Counted from the stretch's first letter, positions 26,685 to 40,234 are shown. The stretch: DNA of 64,000 nucleotides from Octopus sinensis (GCF_006345805.1 NC_042999.1:122450001-122514000); one strand, 5' to 3'. The notes: a model not told the origin generated them from the letters alone. Program-made: numbers and translations.

Positions 26685-27480
26685 GGATGTGTGGATATTG
26701 TTGTTAACAGCGATTTGCATTGGACAATCTACATGTCTAAGATTGTCATGGCTGAGGGTGTCTTAGGATCACTCAGTAAAACCTTTGTCAACTACTCTCC
26801 AGCTATCTATTTAACCTTTTCGATACCAACCCAACTGAAACTGCCTCTGGCTCTGTTTTCATAAGTTTTGAAAAACTTCCACGAAACCTTAGTCACAATT
26901 TATGTTCCTAACACTAGCTTAATGATAACTAAGTTATTTTATTAAATTCTTTTCATATTTAAAATTAATTGAATGAAACACAGAACATCTCAAAATAAAT
27001 GCGATAACAAAAGTGTTGAAGCTGTATATAACTATGGTACGTCCACACTTAGAGTTTGCATCACCAGTCTGGAACCCCTATCTTGCTCAGCATATCAATC
27101 TCCTGGAAATTGTTCAGAGATGTGCAACCAGATAAATACCTGCCATCAGGCATCTACCATACGCTGAACATCTTGCTTCACTGGGCACAGACACATTAAA
27201 GCTCTGACATCTGGCAACTGACTTAGTAAATACCCACAAGATAATACACTATCTTTCCAACAACAATCATGGGCACCTTTTTGAATTCTATATGTCTAAC
27301 ACTCATGGCCATGCTCACAAAACCAAAAACAACACAGCACTCATGACTTTTGGGAACATCTTTTTTCATGCTCAGAATTGCTGAAGCATGGAATAAATTT
27401 CCTCCATCAGTTGTTAGCTGTTGAGACACTACATCCTTCAAAACACCCATGCTTCCTGAAATTCGACCCCTGATGCCCCC
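26685..27480 (+). pseudogene. CR1/L2-like LINE 3' fragment interrupted by a piggyBac-type MITE
   Basis: IVVNSDLHWT..GVLGSLSKTFVNYSPAIYL|KLYITMVRPHLEFASPVWNPYL..LEIVQRCATR..FFMLRIAEAWNKFPPSVV. Confidence 0.85.
26815..27015 (-). mobile_element. piggyBac-type MITE (copy 2)
   Basis: Reverse-orientation homolog of 29960-30179; flanked by TTAA (26811-26814) and TTGA (27016-27019). Confidence 0.8.
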
Positions 27481-27629
27481 CCATCCTCGTTTCTTTTTTT
27501 TCTTTAACTGTTTACTTCCAGTGCACATCCTGTCTACTGTTCATGCAGTTTGGGTTATTTTTTCTGATTAGTTGTTGTGCATTTGAGCACTGTATATAAT
27601 AAGTTCACTATATAATATTATTTCTTTCA

Positions 27630-28303
27630 ATATCTCAATAGGTAATGGCCTGTTCCTGAACCGGGTATTACCTTTTGTTTCATCAGTTATGCCATCAAGG
27701 TCAGATTTGTTTATTCAGGCCAGTAATAATTTAGATTTATATACAACACATTCATTTCATGAAAACACTGTCTTTGTAATATCATACCTTTTTTGGTTGT
27801 TCACCATGGTTGACATATGCGCTCTCGGTATTTTATTGTGTCTGCTTCAGGTTTATTCAAAGTCTAAATCAATGTCTTTCAAGAATGTTGTTGCTGCTAA
27901 AATAATTAGTTTGTTTCTTTTTTCCTATAATAATAATCTACAAGAGCATGCAGCAAACTTTTTGTGCATTTAAAAGGTAGTAGTCAACATTAATAATTGC
28001 TTTCTTATAATGCTCTCCGCTGCTCAATAATCCACTACCACTTTCACTTCTAGGGATATAAAACTGCAAATTTTGTGACTTATTGTACAGTATGTAGTGG
28101 ATCTTTTGAAGATTTTTTGTATTACAGAATATGGAATCTAGGTCTACAAAACTTCTGTTCAATACTATAGAACCATATGTTATGGCTGGTAGTGTAAATG
28201 TGTTGATGGCACAGATAGTATTCTTGTTACTGAGATGAGTTTTAAAGTTTTCTTTAAACTTGATAAAATATTTTTCATTCACATACATGCATCTTTTACA
28301 CAC
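27630..28303 (-). pseudogene. Dong/R4-clade LINE RT-thumb region fragment
   Basis: LSNKNTICAINTFTLPAITYG..FYIPRSESGSGLL..NHGEQ..VQEQAIT correspond to N.KNKI.AINT.A.P..YS..LY.PR.EGGRGL..LHGQ..IQDQAI. Confidence 0.75.
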
Positions 28304-29249
28304 ATATTGTTGTTGTTCCTGCTGCTGCTGCTTTATGTGTCAGAAGGACATCAAAGACAATTTTAAAATCATTCAGATAAAGTTAAAAATGTGATATTTA
28401 TATTTTTTTCTTTTCTTTCTCAGTCATCCAAAAATATTTTCTCATTGTTTGTTGTCTGATAATGGATATTTCATCTAAATATTCCTCTTGCTAAGATACA
28501 GTATTCAATCATTTTGTTAAAATATCTCTCATGTCAACACAAAATTTTCACTGCCTGGCATTTCAAGAAATTACTCCTTCCATTGATAAAGCTCCTATTA
28601 ATTTAGAATTAGTAAAATGAAAAAGTGTAAATTGTAAAGATTATCAATACTCTATGAAGCTCCAAGAAAATTTATCCCAGCCGTGCTGATAAAATTCACT
28701 TCATTTATTCATTGATTTTTTTTCTCTCATGTTTTGCTACACTTTTAGTTCTTCTGAATGGCATTTTAGTTAATGAATTAGTTCTGGTTGATGACCTTTA
28801 TCTGCTATTTGGGATTTCTATTATCTAATAAATATTTTGAATGCATGGCTTCTTAAAATTTCAACCTTCAAAATCTGATGCTTTATATTTGTGGTAATAC
28901 AGACAAAAATATCAATACTATACTACTATTTATATTTTACTATGAGTATTTAGCAAGGTATGATAAATGCTGACAAAGCTGCTACATAAATTATATATAC
29001 AGAGCCAGCATACGTCATGATTGTTGACTGACTGCAGTATTCATTGTATACAAATCTTTTCTAATATCTACTTTATGTACTATATCTACTACTTTGACAT
29101 GCAAGTTTTATACCAGCGTGCATGGGTAGGCTCAACACTACTAACTTAAACATTCACATAGTATTTGAGTATGTTTTCTTTCCAAACACTACAATCTACA
29201 TTTTAAGTTTGGTGGTTCAAATTGGATATCTTTATTAATCAGACAAACT

Positions 29250-29760
29250 TCAAAAGATCAGAAAGCTCCACAGAATTAGCTGATAGCTTTTATTACTTAG
29301 GTAACCTAAAAAGCAGTGGAGGTGGGGGGTTCTCAAAGCATAGTTACCAGAATAAGAAAGTGCTGTAAAAACATTAAAAAAAAAATTCAGGAAGTTATCG
29401 CCTCTGTTAGCAATAAACAGTTTTTCTTTCAGAGTGGAAGATTGTATGATGCATGTGTACAAAGTGTGATGCTGTGAGGTAAAAAGATGTGGGCCCTGAA
29501 TATGGAAGATATGTGAAAGATGGAAAGAAATGAAGTATGCACATTGTGATAGATGTGCATTATTAGTATGCATGAATGATAGAGCCCAAATTAGCTAAGA
29601 GAAAAACTGGGTATAAGATGGATCAGAAAAAAACGTGCAAGGGTGATAACTGCACTGGTGCAAACATTTGGTGTGTATGAAAATGTCATCCAGATTAGAA
29701 GGTGTGAAATAATCCACATGAATGGGAGCCTAAGGCAGAGAGAGATTAAGGAAGATAAGG
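29250..29760 (+). pseudogene. RTE-clade LINE 3' RT fragment
   Basis: DSFYYLGNL.SSGGG..SIVTRIR..KFRKLSPLLA..GRLYDACVQSVML..WALNMED. Confidence 0.75.
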
Positions 29761-29959
29761 AAAGAAGTGTTGAACACTGATACCGAGAGGATGAGCTTCA
29801 TGAAAACATGACAAAGGTATGCAACAAATGGCAAAGTCTTTGCTAGAATGAACATGCCAACTATACAAGCATGGTGAAACAGGTGTGAAAATGATGATAG
29901 CACAGAAAATTGGGGTATTTAATGTTTACATTTGGTCTAACATCCTTCTTTACTGTTAA

Positions 29960-30179
29960 CCCTTTTGTTATTGTACTTATTTTCAGATGCTCTGTGTTTC
30001 TTTCAATTACTTTAAATATAACAAAGAATTTAGTAAAATAACTTAGTTATCAGTCAGCTAGTGTTAGGAGCATTAATTGTGACTAAGGTTTGGTTGAAGA
30101 TTTTAATTCAAAACTTATGAAAACAAGACGTTTGTACTCAGAGCCAGAGCCGGTTTCAGCCAGGCTGGTAACGAAAGGG
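29960..30179 (+). mobile_element. piggyBac-type MITE (copy 1)
   Basis: TTAA|CCCTTTTGTTA ... TAACGAAAGGG|TTAA: TTAA TSDs and 11-bp TIR with one mismatch. Confidence 0.88.
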
Positions 30180-30954
30180 TTAATCACCATTCTGTCTCTC
30201 CCATTACTCCATCTTATATCTGTCTCCCACTACTCCCCTTCTACACACACTTACTTCCATCACACTCACTTTTTCTATCAATCTCTCTTTTTCCATTACT
30301 CACTGCTCCATCACTTAACAATCAGGTAACTGAATATAACTCCCTCTCGCTTTAATCACTCACTCACACCAAACACTCATATTCTATTCTATTTCTCTTC
30401 TATCATCTTCTCACACTAGTTCTCTACCGTTACTCTCTCTTCTATCACTGTTTTCATTGTTCCCTCTCCCCACCATTACCCATTACCCTGTCAAATCAAT
30501 ACACTATAATTTAGACATTAAGTATAAACACTTCCCCCACCTAATCATGCATACAGACCCTATATTCACTACCATGCTGTTTCCATTTTTAGTATTACTC
30601 CCTCTAAATCCCCTGCCCTTCTGGCCTTACCACATATTTTCCAGCACATTATGATTCCTATCCTTTTATTCTTATATTTTTACTTATGTTTGTTTTAATT
30701 ATTCTCCAATCATGGCATATAGTGAAGCTCCACCTACAGATTCACATTCCCCAGCCCTACCGAGTTCACTACCAAAATCAAGTACAACTATTTGTCTGTT
30801 TGTCTTTATGTATATTTCCTTTCATATACCACTGTTTAATAAGCATTTTGAAAGATATATATACTTGACTGTCCATTTATGTATTGAGTGTCCCTTTACG
30901 TATCTGTTGTTTGTAATCAACCACAGTAAATATATCAGTTAAAAACAAATGGTT

Positions 30955-31200
30955 CAAAGGTCTTTCCTGCTCTATAGGCTCATAAGACTGGTTTCCTGTA
31001 TTCTGTGGGGTATATATTCCACTCTTGGATGGGACACCAGCCCATCGCATGATTACTCATTTTTACCAGGTGAGTGAACTGGAGTATTGTGAGATGAAGT
31101 GTTCCTTCCAAGAAAACAGCACGTCACTCAGTCCAGAAATCAAAACCACAGTCTTACGGTCATGACTGCAATACCCTAACCACTAAACCATGCACCTTCA
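30955..31200 (-). mobile_element. tRNA-derived SINE family C
   Basis: Minus strand head ggtgcatggtttagtggttagggtattg..gtggttttgatttctggactg, followed by a CORE-like aagtgttccttccaagaaaaca segment. Confidence 0.65.
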
Positions 31201-31297
31201 CATACATATCTATATGTGTGTGTGCGCGTGTGTGTGTGTGTGTGCATGTGTGTGTGTGTGTGTGTATAAGAATACACACTTTGTATAGACAGATGTA

Positions 31298-31842
31298 TTG
31301 GGTTGTCTGGAAAGTTCGTGCCGGTTTACAGCAGCTTACCTTTTGACTTATTTTAAAACATGGTTGAGTCCATAAAATAGGATTTTACTACACCTCCATT
31401 TAGAGCACAGTTTAAGCTATCTTTACGTGGAAGAAGGTTTATGTTCCTATAACCTGTGTTAATTCTGTAACCCTTTAAAATGGAAGATAAGAAAGTTCAT
31501 TTTCGGCACTTGATGCTTTGGGAACCAGATAAAAATTACTGCAGCTTGGCTGGGGTGTGTTACCCCACCCTCCATATTCACCAGATATTGCTCCTTCAGA
31601 TTTTCACTTATTCAGATCTCTGCAGAATAGTCTTAATGGTAAAAATTTCAATTCCCTTGATGAATTTTTTGCCATGAAACTACCTCAAATCTGGGAAGAG
31701 GGTATTTTCAAGTTAAAGGAAAGATGGAGATGCATTGTGCAACAAAATGTTTCATATTTGGTTGATTAAAAATGTAATGGCAAGTATTTATTAACCTTTT
31801 TCTTTCCTTTAAAACTCGGCACAAACTTTCCGGACAACCCAA
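31298..31842 (+). mobile_element. Internally deleted mariner element
   Basis: TA|ttgggttgtctggaaagttcgtgccg ... cggcacaaactttccggacaacccaa|TA; transposase start MEDKKVHFRHLMLWE joined to C-terminus HPPYSPDIAPSDFHLFRSLQNSLNGK..ERWRCIVQQN. Confidence 0.93.
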
Positions 31843-34033
31843 TACATACCTTAGCTTTATAGAAAATGTCTTTGTGAATGGCAAATGAATAATCTACACA
31901 AACCTCAGCCTTATATTGAAATTTTATCAGCAGTGATACAAACTTTTGTTTACCCTCTTACTTCAGAAATTAAATATATCCATTGAAAATTTCATTATCC
32001 CTAACTACAAAAAGCAGTTTTATATACCAGTCTATTTTTTGTTGAGGGATGTCATACTTGAAACGATTTTGTGTTGAAATGTATCAAGTTTACTGAGACA
32101 ACATAACTTGCAGAAAATATTAATTCTATTTTTTGGTAGATATTTAATATCATTACTGGAATAACTATGGAATTTAATTTAATTTACTAAATTCTTTCAT
32201 AAGGTTCTCTACAATATGCACTATTTCCACTACCTTAATTTGCTATATAATACATGAAATGTGAGTTAGTAAGACATTTTATTTCCAAAGGGTAATAACA
32301 GATACTTTAACACTTGACAAAAGGAACGTTATCCAAAATCAATGGAGAATGCTCTTTCTTTCATGAAAAATAAAGAAGTACTTTATAATTTCTACCATTC
32401 AGTTTTATGTTCAGTCCTACTGGAAATACTATCTTATAAAAAAAAAGGTTTTGTCAGATGTCCAGTATAATATCAGATAAGTAGAATTCATATTTTCTTT
32501 GTATTTTTGATGGCTTGAGGCATGAGAAAAACAGTGCAGTCTACAATATATTGGCTTTATGGAGGAGATAATGGTTATCAATTAGGTTTTTTTTTAGGAG
32601 AAAGTTGTATTATTAGAAAAGGTTAGAAATATGTTCATATGTCAAGTTTTTGTAAATGATAAGAACAATGTTATTTAGAAAAGCTGCACTTGTTATCAAA
32701 TAGAGGAAACACTTAATACTTGCCTAAGTTACAGTTTACAAATATTTATTTATAGAATACATGCATTGATGTGTTGAGAAAAATTTCAGTTCAAGACTTT
32801 GAAAGAGATATATTAATGCTATGGTAACATTCTGTGACTTGTATCTTTAAGGTATATGTGTATATATTATTGTACAGTATGAAAGAAACAATGCATAGAA
32901 ATATGTTTTAAATATACACACATACTGATATTATTAATTTTTAACCAGACTGTTGTTATTGGGATTATATATCCAATCTTGTAACAATAGAAAAAAATTT
33001 AATATTTATTTGACTTCTTAAGTCATTATATCAGAAAGATTAAAGGCAATGAAATTATTTGTATTAGACAAAAGCTTTGTTTCATTTAAATGTTTCTTTC
33101 AAAAGTAGAATATGAAATTCAGTTTGTCACTGAATTGCATTCTTGTGATCTGAGAAGCTTTCTTCCTCTTTACGAAAATTAATGAGTTAAAATTCTTAAT
33201 AAAGTCAGTTTTCTTTTCTTTTTATTTATTGATTTTTTTTTTTGGTTAAAGCTATTATATGTTAAATAACATTGATATCTGTAAACAAATTTTACAGGTA
33301 CATTTCGATTATAATATGAATTTCTAATTTAACTTTTATTTCTTACATTACTTTTGAAAGAAATAGAAATACGTTTCAAACTGATAGTAAATTAAAAGGA
33401 AAGATAAACAATAAAAGAATGTATAAAAATATTTCTGTATAGAATATTACAAAAAAGTTAAACCTGACACATACAGAAGGTCAAAATGGTTTATTTAAAA
33501 TGCTCAGAGACAAAGATAAATAGATTGTCAGAAACAGTAGTTATGCTCTTACAAATGGATACACTACTGAAATAAACTGTAAATAAAAGTACTGTCAGGA
33601 CAACAAATAAGTCAGAAATGTTTAATATGGCAGCCCTTCTATAGACAGACAGCAGATTTTAGTGAAGGGCAGCTTAGATGAAATCAACTGTAAAGAGCTT
33701 CCAGTATGACAGGTTTTCGTTGTAGCCAGCTTTGTATTTGGTCATTTAACTGAAACATACAATATTAGTTTTTATAAAGACACTTTATTCCGGAACATGA
33801 AAATAAACCAGGAAAGTAGGAAGGTATTTTATATGAAAAAATTTTCAAATGAGAAAATGCTTGACATCATATGATGTGATATAGCCTGGTTGAATATTTT
33901 TCTAAGAATTCATATTTTTATGTGTGTGTGTGTGTGTGTGTGTGTGTTAGTGCATGTGAATATGTGTGTATACATGTTTATGCATGTATGTATGTGGAGG
34001 TTCTGTCTTAATTCTATATGCATATATATATAT

Positions 34034-34081
<48 letters not shown>

Positions 34082-34305
34082 TATTTGAGACAAAACCACT
34101 ATTTTGCAAAACAAACAAGGAAAGACTTAATCAATACATAAAATTTAATAAATAGTCAAAAAAATATATATATATATGTATGTATGTATGTATGTATATA
34201 TGTATATATATCATTTAAATTCTTCCTCTGAAGAAGGAGTTGGCTTTTAACAAAGATATAAAAAGTCCATCGTTGGCATTTAGATAATAAAAACAATGTC
34301 ATATA

Positions 34306-35135
34306 TTGGGTTATCCCATAAATAATGCGGTTTTTATTTCAACTGCGTGAACTTAAGGTTGGAGGAGGATGGGATAAACTACTTGCATCATCTTGCTATA
34401 AAAGCAGGTAGTAATTTTACCTTGTACTTATTCTTAGTGAAAGTTTTGAAGAGTGCAGTTCGATTGTAACAGTTATTTTTTGAAAGCTAAAATGGAAATA
34501 TTCAGCAGATTTTGCTTTATGGGTTTAAAAAAGACAATAACACAACTGAAAGAGCGAGGAATATTAATGCATTATATGGGGATTAGACAGTAAGCATAAG
34601 ACCAGTGTCAACAGTGGTTCCAGAAAGTCCGAACCGGAAACTACAGCCTAGAAGATGAGCTTTGCCCTGGAAGATCTGTAGAGCTCATCGAGGACGCTCT
34701 GCAAACCCTTGTGGAACAAAATCCCATTGTAAATGATTAGGAACTAGCATAGAAGCTTGGAGGTTGGTCATTCAACCATTCATCAACACCTGCATGTCAT
34801 CAGAAAATCACTATCTTTGTTTTCAAGATGAAAGGTGTTCTTCCATCAGGTGTTCTTGCATATGGCGAGGATGACATTCCAAAGGCTGGAGCAGTTTGAA
34901 CCCACGTGTTCATTTATTCCAGAATTCTGTAGATGAGGTCAGAACAGTGCTGGAAGAGTAATTTTTATCACAGACAAGTGAAGTTTGGAAGTGGGGCCTT
35001 GCAAGTCTGCCAGAGAGATGGAAGAGCATTGTAGAAAATGATAGAAAGTATATTTTAGATTAAAAATGAATTTTGTTTATCTTAATTTTGAAAAATAAAA
35101 GAAGTATAAAAAACCCACATTATTTATGGGATGAC

Positions 35136-35139
<4 letters not shown>
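34306..35139 (+). mobile_element. Internally deleted, decayed mariner element
   Basis: TIRs ttgggttatcccataaataatgcggttttt / aaaaacccacattatttatgggatgacctaa with TA flanks; N-terminal WF.K.R.GNYSLEDE..PGRSVEL..LVEQNP and C-terminal LASLPERWKSIVEND. Confidence 0.88.
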
Positions 35140-35173
<34 letters not shown>

Positions 35174-35176
<3 letters not shown>

Positions 35177-35455
35177 TGGTGGACTGGGTGTAAAATATTG
35201 TTTGCTGGAAGACTAAGTGGATCCACCCGCAACTACAATGCTCTCATCTATTTTTTTGTTTTTTGTTAAAAGTATTCGTTTCAACTGTCTACAAATGCAG
35301 CCAGGCTGAAATAATTAATGCACTCTTCCAGGAGTGAATAAAAATTCTCAAACTTGAGAAGATAGGCCCTTAAATACTAACATAGGCTTCCATATATTGG
35401 TTCTAATGGTGCAGGAGTTCACTTGCCATTGGGCAAGCTGGCCAGTCCATGACTG
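35174..35455 (+). mobile_element. hAT-type MITE (copy 1)
   Basis: TIR cagtggtggactgg / ccagtccatgactg; 8-bp TSD tatataca both sides. Confidence 0.82.
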
Positions 35456-35462
35456 TATATAC

Positions 35463-35512
<50 letters not shown>

Positions 35513-36123
35513 ATATTTCGGAATGGTCATATTGCACAACAAATATTTAAACGTATATATATATATGTATATATGATTGGTAGAGACTGCAAAATTGAAA
35601 AGTTAAATGAATAAAAATGCTTGGTGTTATTTGATTCCATATCAGTTACATCCCCTTAGATCTGGCTTGACTTTGCTGTTCAATCTTACAAATTTAGTGA
35701 AATGTGTAGCAAATGATGTACATGGATCATTATAATCTATATAACTTTTGAAGGTTTTCACTAAGCATAATCACAGTTCATTGACTTAAAAAAAAACAAT
35801 AAAACAATACAGTCAAAACATTTATATTGCTATATTTTGCGTGAAACCTAACCATAGCCGAAGTAGATACTAACGTTAAAAGATATTTCTGTCAATCAAA
35901 TAAATATTCCTTTGGCTTCTAATTATATTTAGAATGTAAGCCACATAGAGTTTACTCTGCTTTATAATTTTCACAAAATCATCACCAATGGCACTAAGTA
36001 CTAATTGTTTTAGGAAAATGAAAGATGCCTGTCATGTATGAATGTGGACATATATATGTATATATATATATGTCTGTATGTATATATATATGTATGTATA
36101 TATATATATATATATACATACAT

Positions 36124-36510
36124 ATAGACGCAGGAGTGGCTGTGTGGTAAGTAGCTTGCTTACAAACGACATGGTTCCGGGTTCAGTCCCACTTTGTGGC
36201 ACCTGAGCAAGTGTCTTGTACTATAGCCTCAGGCCAACCAAAGCCTTGTGAGTGGATTTGGTAGACGGAAACTGAAAGATGCCCATCATATATATGTATA
36301 TATGTGTGTATATGCTTATGTGTTTGTCTGCCAACATCACTTGACAACCAATGCTGGTGTGTTTACATCCCTGTGACTTAGCAGTTCGGAAAAAGAGACC
36401 AATAGAATAAGTACTAGGCTTACAAAGAATAAGTCCTGTGGTCAATTTGCTCGACTAAAGGTGGTGCTCCAGCACGACCACAGTCAACTGACTGAAACAA
36501 GTAAAGAGTA
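36124..36510 (+). mobile_element. SINE family A
   Basis: Full head-to-tail homology with 1003-1420. Confidence 0.9.
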
Positions 36511-36787
36511 ATAGTAAATACATGAATGCAATTTGGCTAATTTTCATACATACAATGTAATTAAACTTTCTTTTAAGAAAATATTAATGAAAGTATTGCC
36601 ATCTTTCAATATATTGCACCCTATGTTAAATGCAGTAAATATAGGACAAATCTTATCTTCATTACCTTCTTATGGTAAGATAGATTATATTTAGATATTT
36701 AAGTTTTGCTCACAGTAAAACAGCATCTGTAGCATTGGTGTCATGAACCATACATCTTGTACACTCTGCAAAGTAGTTGATGTTTTC

Positions 36788-36920
36788 ACAGGCATCTAGC
36801 CATAGAAACCATGCCAAAAGTAAAACATGGGAGTAACATGTGATCCTTCAATCTGTTGAGTCTTGTCAACAGTGCTTCCCCTGCCAGCATAGAGGAATAG
36901 CTGTAAAAAATGCCGATGAT
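36788..36920 (+). mobile_element. Family D SINE/LINE 3' fragment
   Basis: ggcatctagccatagaaac..gccagcatagagg..gatgat resembles 41755-41879. Confidence 0.5.
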
Positions 36921-36929
36921 ATATATATA

Positions 36930-36961
<32 letters not shown>

Positions 36962-37189
36962 TGGTAAAAACAGTAAGTTAACAAAGAAAGAGGCCTCAAT
37001 ATTATGTAAATAGAGAAAATTTATCTGTAAAATAATATGTGACAATTATTCAATAGCCAACTCTGAGTTTCAGATGCCGAGGTGGAAATCCACAGCACCA
37101 TCTCTTCGGTTATCTGGCCATCTGAAAAACGCTAGCACATATTATTTTACAGATATATACTTTATTTAAAAGCAGCAGAAATATAAGAA

Positions 37190-37232
37190 AAGCTGTTACT
37201 CAGAGTTTTACGTTCCCATCCATCAGACACGT
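37190..37232 (-). ncRNA. Degenerate minimal type I hammerhead ribozyme motif (Penelope-associated type)
   Basis: Minus: gtgt CTGATGG ATG GGAA CGT AAAA CTC T GAG TA acagc; two core substitutions relative to CUGANGA..GAAA. Confidence 0.5.
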
Positions 37233-37886
37233 TAAAAGGGAACAGAAATAACGATATAATCAAAACTATTTAAAGGATACACCTTCAAAAATGGATTTGT
37301 TTCATTAGTCGTTTCAATTAACGGTCTTAAGCATGCAATGAACAATGTAAATGAATTCAATATAAATTCATCCTATTGTAAAATTGAAGAAAACCTTAAA
37401 TCAAAGAGTAGATTCAAAATACATATTGTAAATAATTAATATATGAAATATAAGTCAATAAATAAATTAAAATTAAAATTAAAATTTTCACACTGCATTG
37501 CATAAATATTTTACAACAGTATATACCCATACTAGACTATCCATGATATACATATATATATCAAAATACACAGATGCACACATATAGTTACATACATGTA
37601 CAGGCGTATATATGTAAGACATAAATATACACACAAATACACATATTCACATATACATATATGCATGCAAACATGCACGCACATAAAAATCTCTTGGTGT
37701 ATACATATACAAGTTAGTTATAACAGACAAGAGAGATAGGAAGTATATCTTAAATGTAGGGAGGGGGAAAGAAAAAGAAAATAAGAAGAACCCTAAGCAT
37801 AACAGTTAGCGAAAGAAAGAGGGAAGTAAGGGAGAGGGAGAAGAGGAATGCATTGTTTAAGGATGGTATCACAGTAACGAATAGGG

Positions 37887-37977
37887 AGAGAAAGGATACT
37901 ATGCGTAAGGAAAGAAAAAAGAGAGATAGGTGATGGAATATGTGTAACAAACGTATACATAAAATAAAATTATATAC

Positions 37978-38012
<35 letters not shown>

Positions 38013-38106
38013 TGTAAGTATATATTAGCATATAAATATGAAATTACACACACACACACACATATATATATGTAATTTTATATTTATATGCTAATATATA
38101 CTTATG

Positions 38107-38138
<32 letters not shown>

Positions 38139-38216
38139 ATTTTATTTTATGTGTACGTTTATTACACATATTCCCTCACCTGTCTTTTTTTTTCTTATGC
38201 ATAGTATCCTTTCTCT
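37887..38216. repeat. Nested foldback (outer ~100-bp arms, inner 34-bp arms, microsatellite spacers)
   Basis: 37887-37985 vs 38128-38216 and 38015-38048 vs 38071-38104 are reverse complements (inner pair 33/34 identical). Confidence 0.85.
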
Positions 38217-38380
38217 TCTCATTCCCCCTACTTCCCCTATATATATATATACGAGAGAGAGAGGGCTATAATCCAAGTTGTGTCTTAATGAAGCACATCT
38301 GCATGGTCTAGTTCGCCAAAGTATATCCTTAGACGTCATGACCTATATGAGAGTCAAAAATGTTAGAGGATACTGTTAAA

Positions 38381-38661
38381 TAGTGGTGGACTGGGTCTAA
38401 AAATATTGGTTGCCAAGAGAGTAAGGTGGCTCACCTGCAACTACAATGCTATCATTTCATTTTTTTTTTCTTTTGTTAAAAGTATTCTTTCCAACTGTCT
38501 ACAAACAGAGCCAGGCTGAAATAATTAATGCATTCTTCCAGGAGTGAATAAAAAATGTGCCCCTTAGATACTAACATGGGCTCCCATATAAGGATTCTAA
38601 TGGGGCAGGAAGGAACCCACTTGCCATCAGGCAAGCTGGCAACCTGGCCAGTCTGCCACTG
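38381..38661 (+). mobile_element. hAT-type MITE (copy 2)
   Basis: TIR tagtggtggactgg / ccagtctgccactg; exact 8-bp TSD ctgttaaa; homologous to 35174-35455. Confidence 0.88.
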
Positions 38662-38912
38662 CTGTTAAATACTAGAATATGTTATATGTATGTGTGTATG
38701 TGCATGAATGCATGTTTCTTACATTTCTCAGAAAGCTGAAATTGGTATTCTTGACAACTTCATACCCACAACTTCCTCTTTTTGAAAACGTGTGAAATAA
38801 TTAGAAAAAGAAATGTGGGTTAGTATGAGGAAGAGCAAATATGGAAAAAATGGACTGACCTGAAAGCAAGATTGAATATATATCAATATATATATATATA
38901 TGTATATATATA

Positions 38913-39312
38913 TACTCTTTTACTTGTTTCAGTCATTTGACTGTTGCCATGCTGGAGCACCGCCTTTAGTCAAGCAAATCACCCCCAGGACTTAATTCTT
39001 CGTAAGCCTAGTACTTATTATATCGGTCCCTTTTGCTGAACCACTAAGTTACGGGGACACAAACACACCAGCATTGGTTGTCAAGTGATGTTGGTGGGGA
39101 CAAACACAGACACACACACACACATATATATGTGTATACATATACACGACAGGCTTCTTTGAGTTTCTGTCTACTAAATCCACTCACAAGGCTTTGGTCA
39201 GCCTGAGGCTATAGTAGAGGACACTTGCCCAAGGTGCCATGCAGTGGGACTGAACCTGGAACCATGTGGTTAGTAAGCAAGCTACTTACCACACAGCCAC
39301 TCCTGCGCCTAT
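38913..39312 (-). mobile_element. SINE family A
   Basis: Same orientation and sequence as 1003-1420. Confidence 0.9.
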
Positions 39313-40021
39313 ATATATATATATGTAAATGTAACCTGAACAATATTTCAAAAAGAAAAGTTTATTATTTAATCTCATATTTATATATGTGTGTATGAAA
39401 TTGATAAATACAATTTACAATAAAAATTTGCAGTTTTATTTTGATTAAAATGCCAACATCTTCAGAACAAAACCTTTTACTGCAGTTCACCTGCATTTAG
39501 CTTCTCTGACTGCCACTCACTCCATTTGTTGTTTTAGTTTACCTGTACAAGTGTGACAATCGAGACATACATTTTATTTTTATCAGCAAGATATATGAAA
39601 CATACAAGCACACACACACACATTTTGAATATATCCAGAAGCAACAATGTGTTTTAGAGGTTTTCCAATTAACAAATGTTATAAGCATAGATATACTTTA
39701 TGCCATGTTACTGACTGAGGCTGGAAGGCCATATAATTCATATGACAGATGGAAAAATTCTAAAGTGCTTACTCTACAGTATGTGTGCTCTGAGAGAAGA
39801 AACTCTTGCAAACCAAAGTTAAGCCATAAAGATTAGATACTATCTGTGAAAGGCAACATTCATAAGAAAAGTGTGAAAGAAAGATGGAACTGATAAGGCA
39901 TCAAGTGGTGATGGTGGTGGTGGTGTCAAGCAGTGAGTTGGGGACAAACACAGACACAACACACACATACACACATGTGCACACGCACATGCATACACGC
40001 ACACAAACACACACATATATA

Positions 40022-40200
40022 TCTAGGCACAGGCATGGCTGTGTGGTAAGAAGCTTGCTTCCCAACCACATGGTTCCAGGTTCAGTCCCACAGCATGGCA
40101 ACTTGGGTAAGTGACTTCTACTGTGGCCTCAGGCTGACAAAAGCCTTGTGAGTGGATCTGGTAGACAGAAACTGAAAGATGCCTGTCGTGTATGAATGTG

Positions 40201-40234
<34 letters not shown>

